This document shows positions 1 to 10,378 of a DNA stretch of 64,000 nt, piece by piece. This DNA comes from an uncultured Candidatus Binatia bacterium (GTDB taxonomy: Bacteria; Desulfobacterota; Binatia; Bin18). The notes beneath the pieces were generated by a model. That model was not told the DNA's origin and ran no database searches. It saw nothing but the letters and a program-made list of their open reading frames with translations. Numbering within the stretch: position 1 is the stretch's first letter; every line of letters starts with the position of its first letter. Both the position numbers and the translations under genes were made by a program. Location: positions 2,048,001 through 2,112,000 of the forward strand of contig OZ243961.1 of the NCBI GenBank assembly GCA_965214605.1, written 5' to 3'.

Positions 1-555
1 GAGTTGGAGTTCTTGCAGGTGCAGCCCTGAGGGAGAAGCGGCCACTCCGCTAGACGGACCGTTGCTCGGCGGGAAGAGCCGCTGGGTATAATCGCGGTCG
101 CTCTCAGAGGTTTGCAGCACCGCGCTCAAACGTGCACCGTCGTGCTCAATGACATAGACGGGCACCCTCTCGGTCTTGAAGTCAAGCACAAAACGCAGGC
201 GTTGGGGATGCGCGCCCTGGCGGATGCGCCACAGAGTCTCGTCCTGTGTTGCGTAGCTGGCCGACCGAGCCTCTGTGGCCGGGCCGGTGACGTCGATGAC
301 TAAACGCGCTGGGTCGGACAGGGCAAAGGACTTTACCGCCGTTGGGGTGGTCGAGAACTGCCAGCGCACGCTCTTCTGGCCGGCGGCGACGTCGAGCCGG
401 AGTTCTTGGAGCTGGAGATCAGTCACAGTAGACGCCCAGACCTGAGACGTTTGAGAGCCGAGTCCGGCGATAACCCCAACCGACAACAGGGCGACAAGCG
501 CCACCCGACAGGGTTTCCCAGGCTGGTCCCTCAGGTGATGTGGGCCGGATTTCAC
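1..555 (-). CDS. Secreted AMIN-domain protein (partial, runs off window start)
   Basis: Manual translation from GTG at 555 gives a hydrophobic signal-like stretch (RVALVALLSVGVIAGLG) followed by KSFALSDPARLVIDV, a typical AMIN motif. Absent from the ORF track, presumably because its stop is outside the window. Confidence 0.6.
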   Translation of the reverse strand, partial: MKSGPHHLRDQPGKPCRVALVALLSVGVIAGLGSQTSQVWASTVTDLQLQELRLDVAAGQKSVRWQFSTTPTAVKSFALSDPARLVIDVTGPATEARSASYATQDETLWRIRQGAHPQRLRFVLDFKTERVPVYVIEHDGARLSAVLQTSESDRDYTQRLFPPSNGPSSGVAASPSGLHLQELQL

Positions 556-585
556 TGTGTATCGTCCGCCATGCGTGGGCGAGTC

Positions 586-1383
586 TTACGGCGCCCCTTT
601 ACGCAAAGACCGCTCGGTGAACAGACTGTCTCTCAGGTTCTGATTAAACTGCACATTCGTGATATCCAGCTCGGTCTTGTGACCGGTGAGTTGATTTTCG
701 ACAACCGTCTTCCTCCAGTTCCAGATGCCGTCGATCTGCACCCAATCTGAGTACATGATCTTGAGCAGCCTGCCTTTGCGGTCGTAGTATTCAGTCTTCG
801 GCGTCGTCCACGTCTCGGCATTCACCCAAGTCAGTTTCTTGCTGTATATGTAGTTCGGCTTTTTGGCCACTGCCTCGACAACATACATCTTAGTGCCATT
901 GTCGTTTTCGACTCGGACCAGCGTGTGGGTATCTTCCTCGACCTCCCGATCACCCATATCATCGTAGATCATGTCGCTGCCCATAAAGGAGTTCTCCTTG
1001 TCACCCGACGCAATTCGACGGACCTTGCGCAGGGCCGGCAGGTAGATCCACTGGTCGTCATCAGCCTCGGCATCTTCCTGGGACCAGTTCAAAAACGTCG
1101 TGTCTTTCACATCCGGCGGCGAGTCAAAATAGATAAACGACTTGCTCGACAGCCCATCCCGTCCTTCATAATCTTTCCAATACCGCAGGGTGTGACGCCT
1201 GCGTTGTTTGCCGGCCTTGTTGGTCAGCGTCCAGGTCGCCTCAGAGATCTGATCGTCGCCGTCTTCGCGCTCATCGACATTGATAGCAATCTGAAGGCCG
1301 CTCGGCTCGCCTGGAATCTCTTCCGCCCAAGCCGGCGCGTGGGCCAGCAACAGGGCTCCCGTCACGATCAGCACAGTGCGCAT
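586..1383 (-). CDS. Outer-membrane lipoprotein-sorting (LolA-like) protein
   Basis: Signal peptide; motifs DDQWIYLPALRKVRRI, SFMGSD and YYDRKGRLLK typical of LolA-like proteins found beside MMPL genes. Confidence 0.85.
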   Translation of the reverse strand: MRTVLIVTGALLLAHAPAWAEEIPGEPSGLQIAINVDEREDGDDQISEATWTLTNKAGKQRRRHTLRYWKDYEGRDGLSSKSFIYFDSPPDVKDTTFLNWSQEDAEADDDQWIYLPALRKVRRIASGDKENSFMGSDMIYDDMGDREVEEDTHTLVRVENDNGTKMYVVEAVAKKPNYIYSKKLTWVNAETWTTPKTEYYDRKGRLLKIMYSDWVQIDGIWNWRKTVVENQLTGHKTELDITNVQFNQNLRDSLFTERSLRKGAP

Positions 1384-1405
1384 TGTTCTTCTCCTTATCT
1401 CCGTT

Positions 1406-3913
1406 TTATGTCCTGTGTTCAGGACGAGTTGTCAGAGTCGAGGTTGCTGCTGGGCCATACACGAAGCGAGGCTTAACAGTATTCAAGAGTGCCGGCAGAA
1501 CGGTCATTGACACCAGCAGACACGCGCTCATATTCAGCACCAGCATTGCCCCGAGATAAAAGTTGGGCAGAAAGTTGGAACTCAGAAACACGGCAAAGCC
1601 GCCAATTACCACTACCGCGTTAAAAAAGATCGCCTTGCCCGAGGTCGCCATCGTCGCCACGGTGAGCGCGGCTGGCTGCCTCAGCCCGCTGCGAACCTTG
1701 AGGCGATATTTACTCAGGAAGTGGATCGTGTAGTCGATGCCAATGCCGATCACCATTGAAGAGGTCAGAGCCTTGCCCACTTCAAGGTCGAGATTAAACA
1801 GACCCATCACGCCAAAGCTGAAGATAATGACAATACCGATCGGGATGACGTTGACCAGACCCGCGGCCAGGGAGCGGAACATGAGCGCGGTCAACAGAAA
1901 GACCGCGACGAGCGAGGTCAGGAGGCTCGACACCTGGCCACTGATCACCAGTTCACTCAGATGGTACGTAAAATACGCCCCACCGGCAAAGCCTATCCGG
2001 AAGCCGCTGTCTGTGTCCCAGCCGGTATGAATGGGATCCAGATCGAGCAGCCAGCGGCCAACCCGTAGCGACAGCGGCTCATCGCTGACGGCGTTCTCCT
2101 GCTCTGCCCGTCCAAACTCGGCCAGGGCGTAGTCCTGAATCTGTCGTACGACCCGAACGATTTCATGAGTGCTGTCCTCACGCAGGTAAAACGCCACATT
2201 GGCGTGCTGATAGTCATAGTCCACCACCTCCTCGAAGTCGTCCGGCTCGCCAGAGAACGAGTACAACAGCAGATATTGGGCAACCAGATCACGGCTCGTC
2301 GGGATAACCTCCATATCGGACCGGTCTTCGTTCATCACCCGATTCATGCGTTTGATAAATTCGGCGATTGACACCGAGCCGCCCACAACCGGATCTTGCT
2401 CAATCTGTGCCTGCATCCGGTCTATCTGCCGTAACAGGCCGGGATCTTTCAGTCGGTCCGCCTCCTCCCCCTCGATCGCAATATACAGCGGGACAGTGCC
2501 CTGAAACTTCCTGCGTAGCACCCCTTCCGCAGTGCGGACCGAGCTGCCGTCCGGGAAAATACGAATGGCTGAAGTATTGACCACCAGACGCTGTGTACCG
2601 ACCAGACAGACGAGGACAGCGACCAGCGTCGGCCCCCACACCAGGCCGGGACGGCGGGCCACGCCCCGGCCCAGCGAGGCTAGGGTCCGGGCCGCCCAAC
2701 CGGTAGCCGCCAAGTCACCGCTGCGACGCATTTGGCGGACCAGACCGCGACTGACCTTGAGGGGCAGCATGGCCAGCACGGCCGGCAGCAAGGTCAGCGA
2801 TAAGGCCATCGCCACCAGCACCCCAACCGCCGCAAACAGACCAAAGTCGCGCTGCGGCGGCATCGGCGCGGTCAAAAACGACAAGAAACCGGCGGCGGTG
2901 GTCAGCGAGGTGAGTACAACCGGCAACCACATCTCGTTCATGGTCGCCATCACAGCTTCCGGGCCGTTTTTGTCTGGATGCTCAAGAATTTCGTCATAGT
3001 AGCGGCTCAGAATGTGAATCCCGTCCGCTACTCCGACCGCCATTACTACCACCGGCATCATGGTTGAGATGAAATAGAGCGGAACGCCGAGCCCGCCCAT
3101 CAGGCCCAGGGTCCAGGTCACGGCCCCAACCACAACGGCAAAAGGCAGCAGCACCCCGCGCACACTCCGATACGTCAAATACAGCACCACCACCACAACC
3201 CCTAAGACGAGCGGCAGGAACCTGGCCATATCCTGGCGGCCGTAGCGACCAACTGTGACCTCCATCGCCCCCCGACCGGCCACATACAGTCGCTCGGGCG
3301 TCCCGGCGTCTCTTTTGGCCTGGACCATTGCCTCAATCGCATCATACGCCTTCGCTCGCTCCGCCAGGCCGTCAGTGTTACCCACCGCGGACTCCAGCTT
3401 GGCCATAATCAGCAGTCCGGTCCCGTCCCGCGACACCAGCCAATCGACATACATCTCGTTCCGAAACAGATTCCCTTTGAGCGCGTCCAAAGCTTCCGCT
3501 GTACGCGGCACGTCTTCCATGAACGGATCGACCACCAAACCGTCGACCGTGCCGGTGATGTTATCCATCGTCGCCACGCTTGACACGTCTTCGTCACGGA
3601 TGGCCTTGATACCGGGCAGCAGAGCGATTTTTTCGGACAGATCTTTAACGATCTCCAGCGTGCGCGGGTTAAAGACGCCGTTTTCGTCAGGATTGTCGTT
3701 GAGCACCCCAATCACAATATTATCCCGCATACCAAAGCGCTCTTCGACCTGTTCTTTATACACATTAACCGGGTCATCAGCCGGTACCATCGCATCCAGA
3801 TCACTCTCAAAGCGAAGGTTGCGTATCTGCATACAGGCAAGCCCGGATACGCCCAGGAGAAAGGCGATGACCAGCCAGCGGAAACGGATGACAGCCCGAA
3901 AGAAGAACTCCAT
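1406..3913 (-). CDS. MMPL/RND family exporter
   Basis: 835 aa with two repeats of TM plus periplasmic domain; GVADGIH and GIGIDYTIH motifs. Confidence 0.9.
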   Translation of the reverse strand: MEFFFRAVIRFRWLVIAFLLGVSGLACMQIRNLRFESDLDAMVPADDPVNVYKEQVEERFGMRDNIVIGVLNDNPDENGVFNPRTLEIVKDLSEKIALLPGIKAIRDEDVSSVATMDNITGTVDGLVVDPFMEDVPRTAEALDALKGNLFRNEMYVDWLVSRDGTGLLIMAKLESAVGNTDGLAERAKAYDAIEAMVQAKRDAGTPERLYVAGRGAMEVTVGRYGRQDMARFLPLVLGVVVVVLYLTYRSVRGVLLPFAVVVGAVTWTLGLMGGLGVPLYFISTMMPVVVMAVGVADGIHILSRYYDEILEHPDKNGPEAVMATMNEMWLPVVLTSLTTAAGFLSFLTAPMPPQRDFGLFAAVGVLVAMALSLTLLPAVLAMLPLKVSRGLVRQMRRSGDLAATGWAARTLASLGRGVARRPGLVWGPTLVAVLVCLVGTQRLVVNTSAIRIFPDGSSVRTAEGVLRRKFQGTVPLYIAIEGEEADRLKDPGLLRQIDRMQAQIEQDPVVGGSVSIAEFIKRMNRVMNEDRSDMEVIPTSRDLVAQYLLLYSFSGEPDDFEEVVDYDYQHANVAFYLREDSTHEIVRVVRQIQDYALAEFGRAEQENAVSDEPLSLRVGRWLLDLDPIHTGWDTDSGFRIGFAGGAYFTYHLSELVISGQVSSLLTSLVAVFLLTALMFRSLAAGLVNVIPIGIVIIFSFGVMGLFNLDLEVGKALTSSMVIGIGIDYTIHFLSKYRLKVRSGLRQPAALTVATMATSGKAIFFNAVVVIGGFAVFLSSNFLPNFYLGAMLVLNMSACLLVSMTVLPALLNTVKPRFVYGPAATSTLTTRPEHRT

Positions 3914-3924
3914 AACGAGGCGCC

Positions 3925-6417
3925 TCAGGAACCAAGCATCCTTGCTTTCCCGTAGACAAAGCGGGGCTTACAGATATTCAGGATCGCCGGCAGGATGGTC
4001 ATCGACACGAGCAAACAGGCGCTCATGTTGAGCACCAGCATTGATCCCAGGTAAAAATTGGGCGTAAAATTCGAGGTTAGAAACACGGCGAAGCCGCCGA
4101 TGACCACCACCGCGTTAAAAAAGATGGCTTTGCCCGAGGTCGCCATGGTGGTTGCCGTTATCTGCTCTGAATCGCGTAATCCAGTCTGAACTTTGAGCCT
4201 GTACTTGTTGAGAAAGTGGATCGTATAGTCGATGCCAATGCCGATGACCATAGAGGCGGTCATGGAGTTGCCAATCTCTAGCTTGATGCCCAACAGTCCC
4301 ATCACGCCAAAGCTAAAGACAATAACCAGACTGATCGGAATGATATTAATCAGCCCGGCGACAAATGAGCGGAACATGAACGCGGTGAGCAGAAACACGC
4401 CGACCAGAGAGGTCGCCAGGCTCGACAGCTGACCGGCCACCACCAGCTCATTAAATCGGACGGTCAGATAGGCGGCCCCGGCAAAGCCAAGCCGAAAGCC
4501 GCTGTTGGTTTCCCAACCGGTGATAGTCGGCTCGATATTGCCCAACCAACGCCCAAAACGCAGAAACAGCATATCGCGCCAGCCAGCGTCGGCACCGTTG
4601 GCCTGCTCACTGCGGCCAAATTCCCGGACGGCAAAGTCCTGCAGTCGGTCAACCACCCGTAAAATATCCCGCGTCCCATCAGAACGCAGATAAAAGGCCA
4701 CGTTCGCGTGCTGATAGTCGTAATCGACGACCTCATCAAAATCGTCCGGATCGCCGGAAAAGGAGTACAACAACAGATACTGGGCAATCAGATCGCGCGA
4801 AGTCGGCACGATCTCCATCTCCGGACGGTCTTCGTTCATGACCCGGTTCATACGTTTAATGAACTCGGCCAGGGACAGCGAACCGCCAACTACCGGATCT
4901 TTTTCGCCTTCGGCCTGCATTTGGTCGAGTTGGCGAAGCAAGTGCGGATCTTTCAGCACCTCGGGCTCATGGCCCTCAATCGCAACATAAATCGGCAGCG
5001 TGCCCTGAAAGCGCTCGCGCAAAACCTCGTCGGCGATCCGAACCGGACTCTGGGGATGAAAGACCTGGATCCAGGAGCTGTCGACCACAATTTGACGGAT
5101 GCCCATCACACATAGACTCGTCACCACAACCGCCAGAACGCACACTAAGAGTGGTTGGCGGGCAACGCCGCGGCCCAACCTCGACAGTGTCCGGGCCGCC
5201 CAGCCGGTGGCCGCCAGATCGCCGCCGCGCTCTATTTGACTGCGCAGGCCAGCGCTGACTTTGGGCGGCAGCATACTCAGCACGGCTGGAAAAAAGGTCA
5301 GGGAAAACACCATAGCGGCCAACACACCAATGGCTGTAAACAGCCCAAAGTAACGAATCGGCACCATGGCTGCGGTCAGAAACGACAAGAACCCAACCGC
5401 AGTAGTCAGCGAGGTAAAGACCACGGGCTGCCACATTTCGCTCATCGCAACCACAACCGCTTGGGGAGAAGATACCTCGGGATGTTCCAGGACCTCGTCG
5501 TAATAGCGACTCAGAATATGAATGCCAGCAGCGACGCCAATCGCCATCAATACAACCGGCATCATGGTCGAGATGAAGTACATCGGGATGCCAAGTGAGG
5601 CCATGATGCCCAGTGTCCAGATGATCGACACCACCACGACCGCTAGCGGCAGCAGGACGCCGCGCAGACTGCGATAAGTGAGATACAGGGTTCCTACTAC
5701 AATCAGCAAAACCAGGGGCATGAACCGCCCCATGTCTTCGCGCGCCTGCTCAGAGAAGGTCACCTCCATGGCTCCGCGTCCGGCCACGTAGAATTGCTCG
5801 GGCGTCCCTGCCTCTTCTTTGGCCTGAATCATCTCACGGATGCTGCGGTAGAGGACTGACCGCCGGCGTACCCCCTCCAGGGTGCCCGCCGACGACTCCA
5901 TCTTGGCCATAATGAGCAGACCGGTACTGTCCCGCGACACGATCCAGTCGAGATACATGGTGTTGCCAAACAGGCTGTCTTTGAGAGCCCGCAACTCGAT
6001 CGCAGTCCGGGGCACTGCTTCCATAAATGGATCAACCGCCATACCGTCTGTGGTACCGACGATGTTATCCATGGTCGCCACACTCGCCACGTCTTCGTCA
6101 CGTACGGCTTTGATGCCGGGCAGCAGGGCGATTTTTTCAGAGAACTCTTTGACAATGGCCAGGGTGCGCGGATTGAAGACACCATTTTCGGTCGGGTTGT
6201 CGTTCAGCACCCCGACAATGATCAAATCCCGAATGCCAAAACGGTTTTCGACCATATCGTTATAGTGTTGAACTGGATCATCGGGCGGAACCATCGCTTC
6301 GGCGTCACTCTCAAAGCGGAGCTGGCGTATCTGGACGAAGGCCAGCGCGGTGCAGGCCGCAATCAGCACGATGACTAGCCAACGAAAACGGATAATCCCT
6401 CGAAAAACAGCGTCCAC
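3925..6417 (-). CDS. MMPL/RND family exporter (tandem paralog)
   Basis: 830 aa, colinear and highly similar to 1406-3913; GIGIDYTIH motif. Confidence 0.9.
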   Translation of the reverse strand: MDAVFRGIIRFRWLVIVLIAACTALAFVQIRQLRFESDAEAMVPPDDPVQHYNDMVENRFGIRDLIIVGVLNDNPTENGVFNPRTLAIVKEFSEKIALLPGIKAVRDEDVASVATMDNIVGTTDGMAVDPFMEAVPRTAIELRALKDSLFGNTMYLDWIVSRDSTGLLIMAKMESSAGTLEGVRRRSVLYRSIREMIQAKEEAGTPEQFYVAGRGAMEVTFSEQAREDMGRFMPLVLLIVVGTLYLTYRSLRGVLLPLAVVVVSIIWTLGIMASLGIPMYFISTMMPVVLMAIGVAAGIHILSRYYDEVLEHPEVSSPQAVVVAMSEMWQPVVFTSLTTAVGFLSFLTAAMVPIRYFGLFTAIGVLAAMVFSLTFFPAVLSMLPPKVSAGLRSQIERGGDLAATGWAARTLSRLGRGVARQPLLVCVLAVVVTSLCVMGIRQIVVDSSWIQVFHPQSPVRIADEVLRERFQGTLPIYVAIEGHEPEVLKDPHLLRQLDQMQAEGEKDPVVGGSLSLAEFIKRMNRVMNEDRPEMEIVPTSRDLIAQYLLLYSFSGDPDDFDEVVDYDYQHANVAFYLRSDGTRDILRVVDRLQDFAVREFGRSEQANGADAGWRDMLFLRFGRWLGNIEPTITGWETNSGFRLGFAGAAYLTVRFNELVVAGQLSSLATSLVGVFLLTAFMFRSFVAGLINIIPISLVIVFSFGVMGLLGIKLEIGNSMTASMVIGIGIDYTIHFLNKYRLKVQTGLRDSEQITATTMATSGKAIFFNAVVVIGGFAVFLTSNFTPNFYLGSMLVLNMSACLLVSMTILPAILNICKPRFVYGKARMLGS

Positions 6418-6436
6418 CGTAAGATGACTCCTCTGG

Positions 6437-7099
6437 CTAAGCGTGCTGAGCTGTCTTGGACTGTTTCTTTTTCGTGATGGGGGCCGGTAGGTGATCGGTC
6501 CGCAACAGACTCAGCACGAGGTCGGCTAACTGAGCCAAGACTTCCGGGCCGGAAAAACCCGGCGTAATCCGCTCCATCAACTGATTGGCACGCAGGGCAT
6601 GGATGATGATTCCGACGATCACAAACGACGTAGCAGCGAGTGGCAGGGGTTTAAAGATGCCGCTTTCAACCCCCTCGGTGGTAATCGTTTGCATCGCCAG
6701 ATGGGCGCGCGAAAACCAACGCTCGGCCAGGGTGTGGACGGCCGGGCTGTGGTCGTCTATTGCCCGCTGCACCATGCGAAAACCCTGCGGATTGATCCGG
6801 TATTGTTCCAAAAAGACCTGGACGATAGCCCGAATCTTTTGCTCGGGGGTGCCCGCACCGGCCGCCACCGCCTCAAGCCGGGTCACCACCGTAGCGGCCT
6901 CTTTTTCGAGCAGGGACAGGTAGAGAGCTTCTTTACTCTGGTAGTAGTGGTAAATAAGGGCCTTGGTCGCCCCGGTCCGCTCGGCAATTTCGCGTATTGG
7001 TGTGCCGTCAAAGCCGCGCTCAGCGAATAAGGTTTCGGCGACTTGGTCGATCTTGGTCCGATAATCGGGCGAGTCAACGGTTTTGACCGGACGTGCCAT
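6437..7099 (-). CDS. TetR/AcrR family transcriptional regulator
   Basis: LFAERGFDGTPIREIAERTGATKALIYHYYQSKEALY HTH. Start moved to the ATG at 7099 (MARP...). Confidence 0.9.
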   Translation of the reverse strand: MARPVKTVDSPDYRTKIDQVAETLFAERGFDGTPIREIAERTGATKALIYHYYQSKEALYLSLLEKEAATVVTRLEAVAAGAGTPEQKIRAIVQVFLEQYRINPQGFRMVQRAIDDHSPAVHTLAERWFSRAHLAMQTITTEGVESGIFKPLPLAATSFVIVGIIIHALRANQLMERITPGFSGPEVLAQLADLVLSLLRTDHLPAPITKKKQSKTAQHA

Positions 7100-7112
7100 A
7101 ACAGAGACATAA

Positions 7113-7132
7113 TTAACCGGTCGTTCAGTTAA
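7113..7132. promoter_or_regulatory. Probable TetR operator overlapping the tetR promoter
   Basis: Imperfect palindrome TTAACCGGTCGTTCAGTTAA just upstream of the tetR start and adjacent to a minus-strand TTGACT -35-like box. Confidence 0.5.
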
Positions 7133-7190
7133 GTCAAGGGAGGTGTAGCAAAATTTTCGCTTTTGACCTTTGCTTTCTCCCTTCACGAGG

Positions 7191-8720
7191 TCAGGGTGTC
7201 CAGCTCGGCTGTCCGGACAGGGAAATATCAAAGACCGGCACGCCGATCAGATACAACAGAATGGGCAGGACCAGGATGCCGATCAGGTTCAGCCCCAGAC
7301 CAACGCGGAACATTTGCGGGAGGCTGACCCGCTGACTGGCAAACACAATCGCGTTGGGCGCCGTCGCGGTTGGCAGCATAAAGGCAAACGAGGCCGCAAA
7401 GGTGGCCGGGATCATGAGCAGCAGTGGATCGATGTTCATGCCGGTCGCAGTCGCGGCCAAGATCGGCATCATCAGGGTGGTGGTAGCCGTATTGCTGGTC
7501 ACCTCGGTCAGACCGACCAGCAGAGAACACACGGCAAAAATCGCTCCAAATGGGGACAGCTCTTGCAGAAAGCTCAGTTGGTTGCCAACCCACAGGGCTA
7601 GACCAGACGACCCCACCCCTCGGGCCAGTGCTAAGCTTCCACCGAGCAGGACCAAAATCCCCCACGGCATGCGATCAAACACGCTCCGGTCGAGCAGGCA
7701 GCGGCCATTGCCCTGGCCGGCCGGCATCACAAACAGCAGGGTGGCCATGAACATTGCTACAGTAGAATCTTTGATATTGTCCGGAACCGGAAACAGCTGG
7801 TTCCAACCCGGAATGGTCAGCGGCCCCAGCGGCAAATCTTCACGCAACATCCACAGCAGCGCGGTGAGGGAAAAGAGGATCAGGACCCGCCGTTCGGGGC
7901 GGCTCATCGGTCCGACGGCGCGGAGCTGTTCGATCAGGAAGCCTCGGTCTGCCTGCCAGCCGCTCGTCGGGACGCGGAAAACGATATAGACCAGATAGAA
8001 CCAGGCACACACTAGCATGACCGCAGCGGTCGGCAGGCCGAACAGCATCCAGTATAGGAAGCCGATGCTGGGCGCGGCTGGAAACAAGCTTTCAAAGGCG
8101 CCCAGAAACACCGCGTTGGGTGGCGTGCCGACCGGGGTACCGACACCGCCTATCGAAGCGCTATAAGCTAGGCCCAGGATCAGAGCCGTTCCAAAACCCC
8201 TGGTCGTGTCATAGCCCTGAGCATCGACATGGTTGAGAATAGCCAAGGCGATCGGCAACATGACTACGGTCGCAGCGGTGTTCGACATCCACATCGACAA
8301 CAAGGCAGTGGTGCCGAAGAAGCCCAGGATCAGCAAACGTGGTGAGCCGCCGATACGCGACAAAATCCACAGCGCGACCCGCCGATGCAGGCCCCACTGC
8401 TCCGTCGCCAGCGCCAGAAAAAACGCGCCAAAAAAAAGAAAAACAATCTGGCCAGCATAGGCCCTGGACACCTCACTGGCAGGCAGGATATCGAGGACGG
8501 GAAACAAGAAGAGGGGCACGAAGGCAGTGACGGTCAAGTCGACCGCTTCGCTAATCCACCACACCGCCATCAGCGCCGCAACAGCTGCCGTCCGCCAGGC
8601 TGCGGGATTCATCCCGTCGGGCGGTGGCAGCAGGAGCAGCACGACGCACAGCCCTATCCCCCCCAGCAGGCCCAGCCGGCGACGTCTTAGCTTGGAAGAT
8701 TCGGCATCCGTCATAGTCAC
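7191..8720 (-). CDS. DASS/SLC13 sodium:anion symporter
   Basis: SMWMSNTA, GTPVGTPPN, TEVTSNTA and FMLPTATAPNAIV motifs. Confidence 0.92.
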   Translation of the reverse strand: MTMTDAESSKLRRRRLGLLGGIGLCVVLLLLPPPDGMNPAAWRTAAVAALMAVWWISEAVDLTVTAFVPLFLFPVLDILPASEVSRAYAGQIVFLFFGAFFLALATEQWGLHRRVALWILSRIGGSPRLLILGFFGTTALLSMWMSNTAATVVMLPIALAILNHVDAQGYDTTRGFGTALILGLAYSASIGGVGTPVGTPPNAVFLGAFESLFPAAPSIGFLYWMLFGLPTAAVMLVCAWFYLVYIVFRVPTSGWQADRGFLIEQLRAVGPMSRPERRVLILFSLTALLWMLREDLPLGPLTIPGWNQLFPVPDNIKDSTVAMFMATLLFVMPAGQGNGRCLLDRSVFDRMPWGILVLLGGSLALARGVGSSGLALWVGNQLSFLQELSPFGAIFAVCSLLVGLTEVTSNTATTTLMMPILAATATGMNIDPLLLMIPATFAASFAFMLPTATAPNAIVFASQRVSLPQMFRVGLGLNLIGILVLPILLYLIGVPVFDISLSGQPSWTP

Positions 8721-8901
8721 ACTCCCGCCTCCTCACGGGAGAGAAACGCGGGCTGGTCATCCATTGCGAGGATGTTCCTCGCTCTCCTTGCACCGAAGGA
8801 AAGTAGTCTAGCAGCCCTGCCCCGGCTGGAAACAGGGGGGACGTCGGCAAAAATATACGCTATGCTATACAGCGCTGAACAGCACAGAGGAGGAATAGAC
8901 G

Positions 8902-9786
8902 ATGCGATGTGGCTTACATCTGGCTGGTGGAGCGTCTGTCAGTGATCGGGCAGTGCTGCGTGAGGTGGCGATTGCGGCCGAAGAGGAGGGCTACGATTGT
9001 ATTCTGATCGGCGATCATATCGTACTGCCAAAAACAATTACCACACCCTGGCCGTATGAAGAATATAACGACGGCAAGCCCAACTACGACATTTACACCC
9101 AGATGGAGTGGCTCGACCCGTTTGATACGGTCGCCTTTATGGCTGGCGTCACGGAGAAAGTGCGGCTGGGTTTGGGGGTGTTGATTGTGCCCTACCGCCA
9201 TCCGTTCGATGTGGCTCGGCGGGTGGCAACCATTGACATCCTAAGTGGTGGTCGCTTTGTACTCGGAACCGGAGTTGGCTGGCTGGCAGAGGAGTTCAAA
9301 CTGCTGGGGGTCCCGTTTGAGCGGCGGGGAAAACGAACGCGCGAATATATTGGGGTGATGAAGGCGTTGTGGACCGAGGATAAGCCGCGCTTCTCGGGAG
9401 AGTTCGTGCAGTTGAACGAGGACGTCAACGTGTTACCACGTCCCCTGCAGAAACCTCATCCCCCGATTTGGGTCGGAGGAGAGTCGGTGTACGCCCTGAA
9501 ACGAGTGGTCGCGTTTGGCGATGGTTGGCATATTGCGCTCCTCACATTTGAACAGATTACGAGCATGCTCGAGCAGCTCAAACGTCTGACCGAGCAAGCC
9601 GGCAGAGACTATGCGTCTCTGGAACTCACCGCACTGAGCGATCCAACTCGCACGACCCAAGGCACGATAGAGCGCTATCGTGCCTTGGGCGTGAAGACCT
9701 TGTTCACGATACCGCTGAGTCGAGACTCAGACGGCATTGTCAACGAAGTCCGAGAGTTTGCTAAAAAGGTGCGGGACGTAGGTTGA
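8902..9786 (+). CDS. LLM-class (probably F420-dependent) oxidoreductase
   Basis: DHIVLP, DPF, LSGGRFVLGTGVGWLAEEF and PxQKPHPPIWVGG motifs; RBS GAGGA. Confidence 0.88.
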   Translation: MRCGLHLAGGASVSDRAVLREVAIAAEEEGYDCILIGDHIVLPKTITTPWPYEEYNDGKPNYDIYTQMEWLDPFDTVAFMAGVTEKVRLGLGVLIVPYRHPFDVARRVATIDILSGGRFVLGTGVGWLAEEFKLLGVPFERRGKRTREYIGVMKALWTEDKPRFSGEFVQLNEDVNVLPRPLQKPHPPIWVGGESVYALKRVVAFGDGWHIALLTFEQITSMLEQLKRLTEQAGRDYASLELTALSDPTRTTQGTIERYRALGVKTLFTIPLSRDSDGIVNEVREFAKKVRDVG

Positions 9787-10378
9787 TGCGCCTGGTCTCC
9801 TCCAGCGCTGCTGCAGTCTTGATTCCAGACCGGGGTCTGGTCTTCACGTAAGGAGAGGATGAACCATCATCGAAGGGAAGCAGGCCTGAGATAAGCCCTC
9901 GCAGGACTGAGCGTTAATCCACTTGCCACGGCCACGAGGTGAGACTGGACTCACCAGTAGTGGGAGCGCGATTCACCATCTCCTCAATGCTTGGGACACC
10001 TCCAAGGAAGGTGACAAGGGAGATCTTCCAGTTCTTGGAGTTCGTCTTCCAGCCCGCCTAGGAATCCGCCCTCCCCGCCCCCCTCCCTCTACTCGGGATC
10101 TCCCCCGTCCAAATTTTCAGCATGTGGAAAACGGGCCGGGGGCATTTCCTAAGCTTCAAACTCGGCTAGGGAACGTTCCAACACCCCCCGGACCTTAATA
10201 CGGATCAAGAGCCTAGACATCCGCCTGAGCGCTTTCTTGGCCCCGGAGTACAATGACAATGACCATCTAGACGCTTATACGTCTTCCCCTTGCCCCAGAG
10301 AAGACGCCGGAAAGCAACCGCAGAGGGCTGCTGCCGGCTCCACTATCGCCTGATGGTCGTCATCTGCCCCGTTCATCG

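Noticed and set aside
9787-10378. ORF 9923-10198 or an RNA gene between the two LLM genes
   Set aside because: The translation is low-complexity and I could not recognise any RNA structure.
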